Notes under the pieces: generated by a model
Told to the model about the DNA's origin: nothing
Seen by the model: the letters and a program-made list of their open reading frames with translations, nothing else
Databases searched by the model: none
Assembly: GCA_963666275.2 (NCBI GenBank)
Contig: CAXXOA010000002.1
Span: 1,056,001-1,120,000, forward strand
Source: Oceanispirochaeta sp.
GTDB lineage: Bacteria > Spirochaetota > Spirochaetia > DSM-2461
DNA length: 64,000 nt
Direction: 5' to 3'
Shown here: positions 39,400 to 49,135 of the stretch, piece after piece
Position numbering within the stretch: the first letter of the stretch is position 1
Layout: every line of letters begins with the position of its first letter
Translations under genes and position numbers: made by a program

Positions 39400-40697
39400 A
39401 TCAGGGACTCTCTCCTCAATGGGATCCGGGCGATTGTCCGGAATCCTTTTTCCTTTTCTGTGATAAACCGGAGGTTTCCTCCCAGCATATTCACCTGCTC
39501 CTCCATATGGGAGAGGCCGAAATTCTTCAGAATTTTAGGGCAGCCGACTCCGTCGTCAGATATTTCTACAAACAGCGATGATTCCTGAAATTTCATGACG
39601 ATTTCAATATGCCGGGCCTTTCCATGTCTGATGGAGTTGGTGGTGCTCTCCTGGATCAGCCTGTATACGGTCAGTTCCTCGTCATGCTGCATGGCCGGGT
39701 ACTCCCCGACTATTGTCAGTTGAGCGTCCTGCTTTCCCAGGGAGTTGATATTCTCCACCATATCCCGGACCGCCTTCAGCAGGGAGGCTTCGTCAATCAC
39801 ATCCGACTTCAGCTCTTTTACGGATCGTCTGATATCCAGCAGTCCCTTGTCCGATACATCCTTGATTTTTTTCAGCTGCTTACCCAGGGGGGATGCGGTC
39901 TGACCGGCAATTTCCATGCAAGCCTCCAGACCTGTGGAAATGCAGGTGAGCGAGTGTCCCAGAATATCATGGATTTCATGGGCCAGTCGGTTCCTTTCCT
40001 TCATCCGGCCTGCTTCCTCCAGTTTCTCATTGGCCAGTTTCAGTTCTGCCAGGTTGTTTTTCAATCTGCTGTTCAGCTGGATGAACTCCTTGTTTTCCCG
40101 GATTTTACTCTGAATGAACAGGTAGAAGAAGGCCATGACCAGAATCAGATTAATTGATTCCAGGAAGCTTTTGATTCCGAAAAGGTAGAATTGGGTCGTC
40201 GGGTGATAGTAGTCCATATACTCCTGGAACGGTACCATATTGACCTGGACAGTGAGCAGATCATAATCAAAAAGGATATAACAGCTCAATGTCACAATCA
40301 GGATCACCAGACGGAGCGTCATTCCCTGGATATGCAGGAAAAGGCCGGCGCAGACAAAGAGAAAAAATCCTTTATAACTGAAGTTCAGAGTATAGGTGAT
40401 CAGTCCGAAGAGAATCAGATCCGTCAGGTAGAGAATTATGATTTTTGTTGTCTGCCCGTAAAAAACCTTATGTTTCAGTATATTGGATATTCCGATGGCC
40501 GACAGCAGAGCCAGGCTGTATGTGGGAACCTTCCAGGCCACATGGGGTAGGTACCTTGCCATCTCCAGAAAATCCCTGGCCTGATAGTCATTGCAGATCT
40601 TGTAGATCGTAAGGCAGATTGTCATGGACAGGAAGGCAGTAATAATATAATTCAAACCATAAAGGGCGTTGTAAATCTGTTTTACCCGAAGTTGCAT
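39396..40697 (-). CDS. HisKA_3 multi-TM sensor histidine kinase
   Basis: ERNRLAHEIHDILGHSL, QESTTNSIRHG, DDGVG, FGLSHM. Confidence 0.92.
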   Translation of the reverse strand: MQLRVKQIYNALYGLNYIITAFLSMTICLTIYKICNDYQARDFLEMARYLPHVAWKVPTYSLALLSAIGISNILKHKVFYGQTTKIIILYLTDLILFGLITYTLNFSYKGFFLFVCAGLFLHIQGMTLRLVILIVTLSCYILFDYDLLTVQVNMVPFQEYMDYYHPTTQFYLFGIKSFLESINLILVMAFFYLFIQSKIRENKEFIQLNSRLKNNLAELKLANEKLEEAGRMKERNRLAHEIHDILGHSLTCISTGLEACMEIAGQTASPLGKQLKKIKDVSDKGLLDIRRSVKELKSDVIDEASLLKAVRDMVENINSLGKQDAQLTIVGEYPAMQHDEELTVYRLIQESTTNSIRHGKARHIEIVMKFQESSLFVEISDDGVGCPKILKNFGLSHMEEQVNMLGGNLRFITEKEKGFRTIARIPLRRESLI

Positions 40698-40747
40698 ATC
40701 CGCTCTATTGTAACCCTGTTTAATGAAATTCCATAAAAAGATTTTTC

Positions 40748-40803
40748 TGGAATTTTGTCATTTTGAAAATGACATTTGTCATTTTAATTGTGACATTTTA
40801 TTC
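40748..40803. promoter_or_regulatory. Array of ATGACA-N2-TGTCAT-type sites at 21-bp period, candidate NarL-family operator
   Basis: Perfect AAAATGACA-TT-TGTCATTTT (40766-40785); TGTCA at 40756 and 40777; TGACA at 40770 and 40791. Confidence 0.7.
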
Positions 40804-40906
40804 GTTGTGATATCAGTATATCCCCTATATCCTGATTTCAGGTTTGATGATTGGTACCACTCAAGCGAAATTGTTTAAAACTCAAAAATGTGAAAAGGGA
40901 GTAGAA

Positions 40907-41842
40907 ATGAAAAAACTGTTAACTGTCCTTCTTGTTCTGCTGATGGCGGCGTCCGCTGTAATGGCTAACGGCCAGCAGGAAGAGTCCTCCGGATATACAT
41001 TCGGATATACATGTATGACCATGAACAATCCGTTCTTCATCGCTTTGGAAGGTTCCATTCGTGATGCTGTAGAGTCCAACGGCGATAAACTGATCACAAT
41101 GGATCCCGCCATGGATGTAGCGAAACAGATCAATCAGATTGATGACCTGATTATTCAGGGAATCGACCTTATTTTCCTGAATCCTGTAGACTGGGAAGGT
41201 GTCAGACCCGCCCTTGTCGCTCTTGAACGAGCCGGAATCCCCATTGTGAATTTCGATACGGAAGTGAAAGATATGGAGTATGTGACAGCCTATGCCGGTT
41301 CGGATAACAAGAATGCCGGTTTCGTCTGTGGTCAGGACCTTGTGGAAAGGTATCCCGACGGAGGCAATATCGTTGTTCTTGATTCTCCCACTATGAACTC
41401 CATCAATGACAGAATCGCCGGTTTTATGGACGCCATTGAGGGCAAAGGTTTCACTATCGTTGCTCAGCAGGATGCCAAAGGTGACCTTCCTACTGCTATG
41501 GAGCTGATGGATGACATCCTTCAGGCACATACTGATATCATAGCCATTATGGGTGGAAACGATCCCACCGCACTGGGAGCCCTGGCTGCCTGTAAATCTG
41601 CCAATAGAACAGACATCCTGATCTACGGTGTAGACGGATCCCCCGAAGCCAAATCCGAGATTGCTTCCGGAAGTCAGTTCGTCGGATCAGGAGCTCAGTC
41701 TCCTATCTCTATCGGACTGGAATCTGTAGATCTGGGATACAAAATCCTGGCGGGAGAATCCTATCAGGAAAGAGTTCCTGTAAAAACCTTCCTTATCAAT
41801 GAAGAGAATGTGGGTGAATACGGAACAGACGGCTGGCAGTAA
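40907..41842 (+). CDS. Sugar ABC substrate-binding protein (RbsB-like)
   Basis: Signal peptide ...VMANGQQE; NNPFF, GIPIVNFD, GSDN, YGVDG, AQSP. Start ATG 40907 after AGGGAG. Confidence 0.92.
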   Translation: MKKLLTVLLVLLMAASAVMANGQQEESSGYTFGYTCMTMNNPFFIALEGSIRDAVESNGDKLITMDPAMDVAKQINQIDDLIIQGIDLIFLNPVDWEGVRPALVALERAGIPIVNFDTEVKDMEYVTAYAGSDNKNAGFVCGQDLVERYPDGGNIVVLDSPTMNSINDRIAGFMDAIEGKGFTIVAQQDAKGDLPTAMELMDDILQAHTDIIAIMGGNDPTALGALAACKSANRTDILIYGVDGSPEAKSEIASGSQFVGSGAQSPISIGLESVDLGYKILAGESYQERVPVKTFLINEENVGEYGTDGWQ

Positions 41843-41923
41843 GCCCTGTTAATTTAAGGAAAATTTGAACTCCCGTCCTCCCTGGGCGGGGGTTGTTTTA
41901 TCAAATAATGAGAGGCGGAAATT

Positions 41924-43441
41924 TTGAGCGCTACGACTTTACTGGAGATGAAAAATATCCGGAAAGAGTTCCCCGGTGTACTGGCTCTGAAAGATGTCAG
42001 CCTGCAGGTCTGTGCAGGAGAAGTCCATGCTCTTCTGGGGGAAAATGGAGCCGGGAAATCGACATTGATCAAAGTCCTTGGGGGGATCTATATTCCCGAA
42101 GAAGGCGATATTTATATCAATGGAGAACCCGTCAGAATAGGGAATGTTCATGACTCCCAGCACTGCGGCGTCAGTGTTATCCATCAGGAGCTGGTTCTGG
42201 TTCCCAAGATGACAGTGGCAGAGAATATTTTTCTGGGCAGGGAGCCAATGCGCCACGGGGTCGTTGATCACGAGAAGATGAACCAGCAGGCTATGGAGCT
42301 TCTGGACTCGTTCGATCTTGATATCTCCCCTGAAGTGAATATCGAGGAGCTGACCATCGCCCAGCAGCAGATGGTGGAGATCACAAAGGCTCTTTCGTTC
42401 AATTCCCAGATTCTGGTGATGGATGAGCCGACCTCATCTCTGTCCGAGAAGGAAGTCACTTTCCTTTTTCAGACTATCAGGAAGCTGAAAGAACAGGGCG
42501 TGGGAATTATCTATATATCCCATAGGATGTCCGAACTCTTTGCAATAAGCGATAAAGTAACGGTTCTGCGGGACGGGGAGTACATCGGAACTGTTGAGAC
42601 TCCTGAAACCACCCACGATGAACTTATCTCCATGATGGTGGGAAGGCAGCTGACAAACTACTACACCAGAACTTTTTCCGATTCAAAAGAAAAAGTTCTG
42701 GAAGTGAAGAATCTGAGCGACGGGAAACTCCTTAAGAATGTGAGTTTTGACCTTCATAAAGGGGAAATCCTGGGATTCGCCGGCCTGGTCGGAGCCGGAA
42801 GAAGCGAGGTCATGAAATGCCTCTTCGGACTGGATCCCATTACCGAAGGGGAGTTTTTTCTGGATGGAAAAAAAGTGGATATCCAGCACCCCAGTGATGC
42901 TATGGATCTCGGGATAGCCCTGGTTCCGGAGAGCAGGAAAGAGGAAGCCCTCTTTATGGCTCAGAGTGTGAAATTCAATACTTCCATCAAGGTTCTGAGC
43001 AAGTTTATCCGGGGCATATTTGTCAACCAGAAAAAAGAAGAGGAGATTGCGTCCTCTTATATCAATAAAATGTCCATCAAGACTCCTTCTTCCCTGCAGA
43101 TTGTCGAAAACCTGTCAGGGGGGAATCAGCAGAAAGTTGTTATAGGACGATGGCTGGCTACGGAGCCTAAAATCCTCATCCTTGACGAACCCACCCGAGG
43201 TGTCGACGTGGGAGCCAAAGCGGAGATCTATGCCATTATGAATCAGCTGGCATTGCAGGGGATGGCGATCATTATGATCTCTTCAGAACTGCCTGAAGTT
43301 ATAAATATGAGTGACCGGGTTATCGTCATGTGCAATGGCGCGGTTACAGGCAGTCTGACCCACCAGGAGATGGATCAGGAAAAAATAATGCACATGGCAA
43401 CATTACACGATATTGAGTCCGATGGGGGAGGAACGTCATGA
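41924..43441 (+). CDS. Sugar ABC ATP-binding protein (RbsA-like)
   Basis: GENGAGKS, LSGGNQQK, DEPTRGVDVG. Confidence 0.95.
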   Translation: MSATTLLEMKNIRKEFPGVLALKDVSLQVCAGEVHALLGENGAGKSTLIKVLGGIYIPEEGDIYINGEPVRIGNVHDSQHCGVSVIHQELVLVPKMTVAENIFLGREPMRHGVVDHEKMNQQAMELLDSFDLDISPEVNIEELTIAQQQMVEITKALSFNSQILVMDEPTSSLSEKEVTFLFQTIRKLKEQGVGIIYISHRMSELFAISDKVTVLRDGEYIGTVETPETTHDELISMMVGRQLTNYYTRTFSDSKEKVLEVKNLSDGKLLKNVSFDLHKGEILGFAGLVGAGRSEVMKCLFGLDPITEGEFFLDGKKVDIQHPSDAMDLGIALVPESRKEEALFMAQSVKFNTSIKVLSKFIRGIFVNQKKEEEIASSYINKMSIKTPSSLQIVENLSGGNQQKVVIGRWLATEPKILILDEPTRGVDVGAKAEIYAIMNQLALQGMAIIMISSELPEVINMSDRVIVMCNGAVTGSLTHQEMDQEKIMHMATLHDIESDGGGTS

Positions 43442-44436
43442 GTGAAGGCTCTACTAAAGCGATAAAATCCAAATCGCAGCATAACAGGCTTCTGCATAAC
43501 GGAGCTGTGCAGTTCTTAAGGGAAAATATGGGAATACTCATAGGGTTGATGATTCTCTGTGTCATTATCTCTCTGCAATCCCATGTGTTCCTGTCCAAGG
43601 CTAATATTCTGAATGTCCTTCGTCAGGTGGCGACCAATCTTTATATGGCCTGCGCCATGACTATGATCATTATCCTGGGGGGAATCGACCTTTCCGTCGG
43701 TTCTATTGTGGCTCTTTCAGGGGTTGTTACAGGCGGCATGATCGCTTTTGACGGCGCATCCCTGGTGGTTGCAGTAATCTGCGGGCTTCTGGCAGGAATA
43801 GCCATTGGGGCTTTTAACGGGTTTGTGGTTTCTACAACCACAATCCCCCCGTTTATTGTCACTCTGGCAACCATGAACATCGCCAGAGGAGCCGCCTATG
43901 TCTATACAGGCGGTCAGCCTATCCGGGTTATGTCCGACAGCTTCAACTTTATCGGTGCGGGATACCTGGGAGATATTCCCATGCCGATCATATATCTTGT
44001 CATAATCGTTGCTGTCTCTGTATTTATTATGGGCAAGTCCAAGCTGGGAAGGCACATCTATGCAGTGGGGGGAAATCATAAAGCCGCCCTGTTTTCCGGT
44101 ATCAAGACAAAAAGGGTGACATTCTTTGCCTATTTCTTTTCCGGTCTTCTTTCTGCCATAGCCGGTATTGTTCTGGCTTCCCGGATGTTTTCAGGGCAGC
44201 CGACAGCCGGTCAGGGGGCTGAGCTTGATGCCATTGCCGCGGTCGTTCTGGGGGGAACCAGTATGAGCGGCGGGGCCGGTAAAATCGGAGGAACCGTAAT
44301 CGGAGCTCTTGTTATCGGTGTTCTGAGTAACGGTCTCAACCTTATGGGGATCAACTCGTTCTGGCAGTACATTGTCAAAGGCGTGGTGATTCTTATTGCC
44401 GTCTATGTGGACTATTTCAAGAAAACCTCGAAATAG
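43438..44436 (+). CDS. Sugar ABC permease (RbsC-like)
   Basis: GGIDLSVG, PPFIVTL, ELDAIAAVVLGGTS. Confidence 0.94.
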   Translation: MSEGSTKAIKSKSQHNRLLHNGAVQFLRENMGILIGLMILCVIISLQSHVFLSKANILNVLRQVATNLYMACAMTMIIILGGIDLSVGSIVALSGVVTGGMIAFDGASLVVAVICGLLAGIAIGAFNGFVVSTTTIPPFIVTLATMNIARGAAYVYTGGQPIRVMSDSFNFIGAGYLGDIPMPIIYLVIIVAVSVFIMGKSKLGRHIYAVGGNHKAALFSGIKTKRVTFFAYFFSGLLSAIAGIVLASRMFSGQPTAGQGAELDAIAAVVLGGTSMSGGAGKIGGTVIGALVIGVLSNGLNLMGINSFWQYIVKGVVILIAVYVDYFKKTSK

Positions 44437-44451
44437 TTTCTGTCCGGCATG

Positions 44452-44492
44452 AAAAACAAGGGGATCCTCTTCCGGGGATCCTCTTTATTTTT
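44452..44492. terminator. Bidirectional terminator
   Basis: AAGGGGATCCTC-TTCC-GGGGATCCTCTT flanked by an A-run and a T-run, between convergent genes. Confidence 0.75.
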
Positions 44493-44496
44493 ATCC

Positions 44497-45717
44497 TCAA
44501 TACCGGATCAGCCGGGTCTCCCTCTCCATGATGAGTTTCCCTTTAAGAAAAATATGTGTCTTTTCTCCCTGATTGATCAGAGCTTCTTCAGGACTCTCTC
44601 CCTCTATGAGAACCAGATTCGCCTCTGAACCGGCAGTTAAACCGTAGTTTTCAAGGCGGAGAGCCATGGCGGGATTATCTGTAATCATCTCCGACAGGGG
44701 CCGGAGTTGTGAAGGGGTTCCTCTTTGGGTCAGCTGGGCTGTCAGAAGGGCCTCCTCCATAAGGTCGCCCCGTCCGAAGGGGCGGAAAGGATCCCTTATG
44801 TTGTCGGAGGACAGGGAAATATTCACACCCGCCTGCAGGAATTCATTGATCCTTGTGGTGCCGCGGCGCTGTTTCAGAGCATCATTGCGTCCCATGAGAA
44901 AGAGATTGCACGAGGGGAGTGTGACAATGTGTATCCCTGCCTGACGGACTTTTTCTATAACCCTTGCCGCTTCCTCCGGAGGAAGGGCATTTAAAGAGGT
45001 GCAGTGACCTGCTGTTACTTTTCCCTGCATCCCGGTTTCTATTGTTTTTTCGGCAATATATTCCAGGGCCCGGGCGCTGGGTTCGTCACTCTCATCCACA
45101 TGCAGGTCCAGAAGAAGATCATATTTCAGAGCCGTCTCAAAAAGGATATCCGTATAGTTTCTGTAATCGGCGCTTAGGGTCGGGCACCCTCCCAGGATTC
45201 GGCCCCCCTTCTGAATAGCCTGATGGACAAGCGAGTAGACAGGGTCGGACAGGTCGGCCCTCTGCATGTCTCCCGGAAACATGACAAGCTGAATCTCAAG
45301 GGGATGGGTCAGTTCCTTTTTGAATCTTAGCGCCGTATCCCAGGCTTTCAGCTGGAGCTCCGGAGAGAGGGTTATGTGGGTTCTTATGAAACCGGTTCCA
45401 TTGGCAAGGCACAGGTCCGCCATCTTCTGAGCCCTGAGAACAAAATCCTCTTCGGGGGCTTCACTCATATATTTGGTGGATTTTACAATCGCATCGATAA
45501 GACTCTCCGCGGGAGAGGAAATGCAGTCTTTGGTGAAGGTTTTATCCAGATGGGTATGAAGATCAATAAAAGAAGGATAGGCAATTTTTCCCTTTCCTTC
45601 AATAACTGTAAATGACCGGCTGCTGTCGGGAGTCTCTGTGATGAAGCCATCGCATATATAAAGATCTCTCTGCTGTCCCTTATAGTCTGTAATATCTTTT
45701 ATACAATAATTATTCAT
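44497..45717 (-). CDS. Metal-dependent amidohydrolase, cytosine-deaminase (CodA)-like N-heterocycle deaminase
   Basis: DLHTHLDK, LDLHVDES, TAGHCTSL, LSSDNIRDPFRPFG. Confidence 0.85.
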   Translation of the reverse strand: MNNYCIKDITDYKGQQRDLYICDGFITETPDSSRSFTVIEGKGKIAYPSFIDLHTHLDKTFTKDCISSPAESLIDAIVKSTKYMSEAPEEDFVLRAQKMADLCLANGTGFIRTHITLSPELQLKAWDTALRFKKELTHPLEIQLVMFPGDMQRADLSDPVYSLVHQAIQKGGRILGGCPTLSADYRNYTDILFETALKYDLLLDLHVDESDEPSARALEYIAEKTIETGMQGKVTAGHCTSLNALPPEEAARVIEKVRQAGIHIVTLPSCNLFLMGRNDALKQRRGTTRINEFLQAGVNISLSSDNIRDPFRPFGRGDLMEEALLTAQLTQRGTPSQLRPLSEMITDNPAMALRLENYGLTAGSEANLVLIEGESPEEALINQGEKTHIFLKGKLIMERETRLIRY

Positions 45718-45889
45718 AGTTTATTCCTGAATTTGTGTTAAGGGAATCTTAGATTGTTCGGAAAATTAAAACAATAAGGGAGAAACGGAATGGGGAAAAA
45801 CAGGAACCTTTACAGTATGAAACGGAAAAACAGACCAAAAAACATACAAAAATGTAGTTATAAGAAAAAATAAGTTAGGATATTATAGA

Positions 45890-45988
45890 ATTTGTACGTA
45901 TAAATCCGCATTTGAAGGGTTCTCTGCGAAAAACAGGAAAATACGGATTGTGATTTTTATCAGAAAATGAATAAATATACTTACACAA
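45890..45988. promoter_or_regulatory. Candidate GntR/HutC operators in the divergent deaminase/BMP promoter
   Basis: Near-perfect palindrome ATTTGTACGTATAAAT (45890-45905); related TATACTTACA core at 45976-45985. Confidence 0.5.
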
Positions 45989-46022
45989 AACAGGAAAGTT
46001 CTATTTTAAGGAGAGAACACAA

Positions 46023-47024
46023 ATGAAAAAAATTTTAACGGTATTGTCCTTTCTGGTCATTTCAGCAGCCCTTTCTGCTTCTGGAGCCCAGGATGCAGCC
46101 GGGGATTCTTCCAGTTCCCTGAAGGTGGCAGCTCTGCTGCCGGGACCAATTAACGACGGAGGATGGAATACTTCCATGTATGAATCTCTGAAACATCAGG
46201 AAGAAGTTTTAGGTGCGGAAATCGCCTATACAGAGAATACTCCTGAATCTGACTATGAAGAGATTTTCAGAACCTATGCTGAAAGCGGTTTCACTGTGAT
46301 TTTCGGACACGGATTCCAGTTCGGAGAGGCTGCCAAAAAAGTAGCTCCCAACTATCCCGATACTGTATTTATTGTAAACAGTTCCACCTTCACTCAGGAG
46401 CCCAATCTGGGATCTTTCCTGGTCAATGACTTCGAGTGCGGATTTGCCCAGGGAGCTATTGCAGCTCTGACATCCGAGTCTGACCTTGTCGCATTTATCG
46501 GTGGTGTGGAAATTCCCCCTATTGCAGCTCAGGGCGCCGGATTTGTTGCGGGTGCCAAATACATCAATCCCGACATTGATGCCCGTTTGATCATGACAGG
46601 CAGTTTTACCGATATTGCCCGGGCCAAAGAGGTTGCCTCTTCTCTGATCGAAGAAGGTGCGGATGTTCTGATCGGTGATGCCAATGAAGCGGGTCTCGGT
46701 GTTGTGGAAGCTGCTGAAGAAGCCGGTGTATATACCATGGGTTGTTCCAGTGACCTCTATGAAGCGGCACCTGATATGAAAGATGCCATCCTTGCCAGTG
46801 TTGTAGAAGACACTGCCAGAGGACATGAACTGATTATCCGGGATGTGATGAGCGGGAATTTTGTTCCCAAGAACTACCTGATCGGATTCAAGGACGAAGG
46901 CGCCGTGACTCTGACCTCTTTCAGGGATAAGGAATCTCTCTACACCGCTGAAGAGATGGAGACCATTATGGGAATCATCGAAGGCCTGTCTGACGGTTCT
47001 ATCGATGTGGAACAGTACAAATAA
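46023..47024 (+). CDS. BMP/PnrA family nucleoside/nucleobase-binding protein 1
   Basis: INDGGWN, IFGHGFQF, FIGGVEIP, GFVAGAKY, GSFTD, GADVL. Confidence 0.9.
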   Translation: MKKILTVLSFLVISAALSASGAQDAAGDSSSSLKVAALLPGPINDGGWNTSMYESLKHQEEVLGAEIAYTENTPESDYEEIFRTYAESGFTVIFGHGFQFGEAAKKVAPNYPDTVFIVNSSTFTQEPNLGSFLVNDFECGFAQGAIAALTSESDLVAFIGGVEIPPIAAQGAGFVAGAKYINPDIDARLIMTGSFTDIARAKEVASSLIEEGADVLIGDANEAGLGVVEAAEEAGVYTMGCSSDLYEAAPDMKDAILASVVEDTARGHELIIRDVMSGNFVPKNYLIGFKDEGAVTLTSFRDKESLYTAEEMETIMGIIEGLSDGSIDVEQYK

Positions 47025-47052
47025 ATATTGAACTAACAGGAACAAGGAACAT

Positions 47053-48039
47053 ATGAAAAAACTGACATTGACTTTAATGGTTTTACTTCTGTCTGCCGCT
47101 GTTTTTGCTGGCGGACAGTCTGAAGGTTCAGCAGATGATACGCTGAAAATCGCCTGTCTTCTGCCCGGTCCCGCCAACGACGGAGGCTGGAATACTCTGA
47201 TGTACAATTCTCTGAAACATCAGGAAGAAGTGTATGGTGCAGAGATCGCCTTTACAGAAAGGACCCCCGCCTCGGATTATGAAGAGATTTTCAGAGGATA
47301 CGCTGAAGCGGGATTTGATGTTATTTTCGGTCACGGCTTTGAATTCGGTGAACCCGCCACAAAAATAGCCGAGATGTATCCGGATGTAACTTTCATAATC
47401 AACAGTACCAATATCTCACAGGGACCCAACCTGGGATCTTTCCTTGTATACGATTTTGAGAGCGGATTCGCCCAGGGGGCTATTGCCGCTACTGTTTCCA
47501 AAAGCGGTATTGTCGGTTTTGTCGGCGGTATTGAGATTCCCCCCATTGTAAACCAGGCTGCCGGATTTGTCGCGGGTGCCAAATACGTGAATCCCGATAT
47601 TGAAGTCAAATCCATCCTGACAGGAAGTTTTGACGATATTGCCAAGGCTAAAGAAGTAGCTCTTTCCATGATTTCCGAGGGCGCGGACGTCCTTGTAGGT
47701 GATGCGGATGAAGCCAGCCATGGTGTGTTTGAAGCCGCAGAGGAAAACAGTGTCTATGTGATCGGATGTTCCACCGATCTGTACGAAACAGCACCCGATT
47801 ACAGGGATATCATCCTGACCAGTGTGACCGAAGACATGGCGAAAGGCCATGAACTTATAGTCAAAGGGATTCTGGACGGAACTTTCACAGCCAAAAACTA
47901 CCTTGTAGGATTTGAAAGCGGAGCTGTTGCTCTGGCACCCTACCGTGAAATGGAGTCTGTCTTTTCTGCCGAGCAGCTGGCTGCCATTGATGAAGTTATT
48001 GAAGGATTGAAAAGCGGTTCTATTGAACTGGCGCAGTAA
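47053..48039 (+). CDS. BMP/PnrA family binding protein 2 (tandem paralog)
   Basis: Same motifs as 46023; identical 23-bp DNA block at 46185 and 47209. Confidence 0.9.
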   Translation: MKKLTLTLMVLLLSAAVFAGGQSEGSADDTLKIACLLPGPANDGGWNTLMYNSLKHQEEVYGAEIAFTERTPASDYEEIFRGYAEAGFDVIFGHGFEFGEPATKIAEMYPDVTFIINSTNISQGPNLGSFLVYDFESGFAQGAIAATVSKSGIVGFVGGIEIPPIVNQAAGFVAGAKYVNPDIEVKSILTGSFDDIAKAKEVALSMISEGADVLVGDADEASHGVFEAAEENSVYVIGCSTDLYETAPDYRDIILTSVTEDMAKGHELIVKGILDGTFTAKNYLVGFESGAVALAPYREMESVFSAEQLAAIDEVIEGLKSGSIELAQ

Positions 48040-48049
48040 TTAGAAAATT

Positions 48050-49135
48050 ATGAAAAAATATCTTATTGGTCTTAAAAAAAACAAATCGTTCCTGCTGCAG
48101 TTCAGCGCTGTACTCTGCGCTTTTCTGCTGGGAGCAGTTATTCTGAAAATGATAGGCATCTCTCCCCTGAGAGCCTACGCCGCCCTGTTTCAGGGGGCCT
48201 TCGGAAGTAAAAACGGTCTGGCTGAAGTCTTCGTCAAGGCAACGCCTCTGATCCTGACAGGTCTCTCCTATGCCTATGCATCAAAAGCGGGACTGGTCAA
48301 TATCGGAGCGGAGGGACAGTTATATATGGGCGGTATGGCGGCCACTCTGGTTGGATCCCATTTTGCCGGGATGCCTATGATCATCCATATTCCCTTTGCT
48401 CTTTGTGCCGGTTTTCTGGCCGGCGCCCTCTGGGGGCTTCTGGCAGGATGGCTGAAAGTGACTTTTAAGGCCAATGAGATTATTACAACAGTCATGCTGA
48501 ACTATGTGGCCATGCTGTTTATCAGCTATCTGGTGACGGGCCCCATGAAGAACCCCGCCGGGAATATGCCCGAGAGTTCTCCCGTCCTGGAAAGTGCCAC
48601 CCTGTTCCGGATCTTGCCTGGGACCAGGCTTCATCTGGGCTTTGCTGTCGCCCTGGCGGCTCTTCTGTTCTATTACTTCTTTATATGGAAGATGAAACAG
48701 GGCTTTGAAATCCGGGTTGTGGGATTCAACAGAGAAGCGGCCCGGGCTGCGGGTATGTGGCCCGAAAAGACCCTTCTGCTGACCATGTTTCTGGCCGGCG
48801 GTATGGGGGGGCTGGCCGGGACTGTGGAAATCCTGGGGATCCAGGGGCGTCTGCTGCAGGCATTCAGCCCCGGGTACGGATTTGACGGCGTCGCCGTGGC
48901 ACTGGTGGGGATGAATCATCCTGCCGGGATCGGCCTGGGAGCCTTCCTTTTCGGAGTTCTCCGGGCTGGAGGAAACAGGATGCAGCTGATAGCGAAAGTG
49001 CCTGTTTCTGTTATCTATATTCTTCAGGGACTTGTTATTGTCTCTGTCATTGTGGGAATTCATCTGAAAAATCTGAATATTCCCTTGCTGAAAAAATTTG
49101 TCCGGAAAAATGAGGAAAAGGAGGCTGCCCTATGA
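48050..49135 (+). CDS. Nucleoside-type ABC permease 1
   Basis: KATPLILTGL, NIGAEGQ, NEIITTVMLNY, GYGFDGVAVAL. Confidence 0.92.
   Translation: MKKYLIGLKKNKSFLLQFSAVLCAFLLGAVILKMIGISPLRAYAALFQGAFGSKNGLAEVFVKATPLILTGLSYAYASKAGLVNIGAEGQLYMGGMAATLVGSHFAGMPMIIHIPFALCAGFLAGALWGLLAGWLKVTFKANEIITTVMLNYVAMLFISYLVTGPMKNPAGNMPESSPVLESATLFRILPGTRLHLGFAVALAALLFYYFFIWKMKQGFEIRVVGFNREAARAAGMWPEKTLLLTMFLAGGMGGLAGTVEILGIQGRLLQAFSPGYGFDGVAVALVGMNHPAGIGLGAFLFGVLRAGGNRMQLIAKVPVSVIYILQGLVIVSVIVGIHLKNLNIPLLKKFVRKNEEKEAAL

Noticed and set aside
46209..47207. 332-aa minus-strand ORF
   Set aside because: Shadow of the BMP genes.
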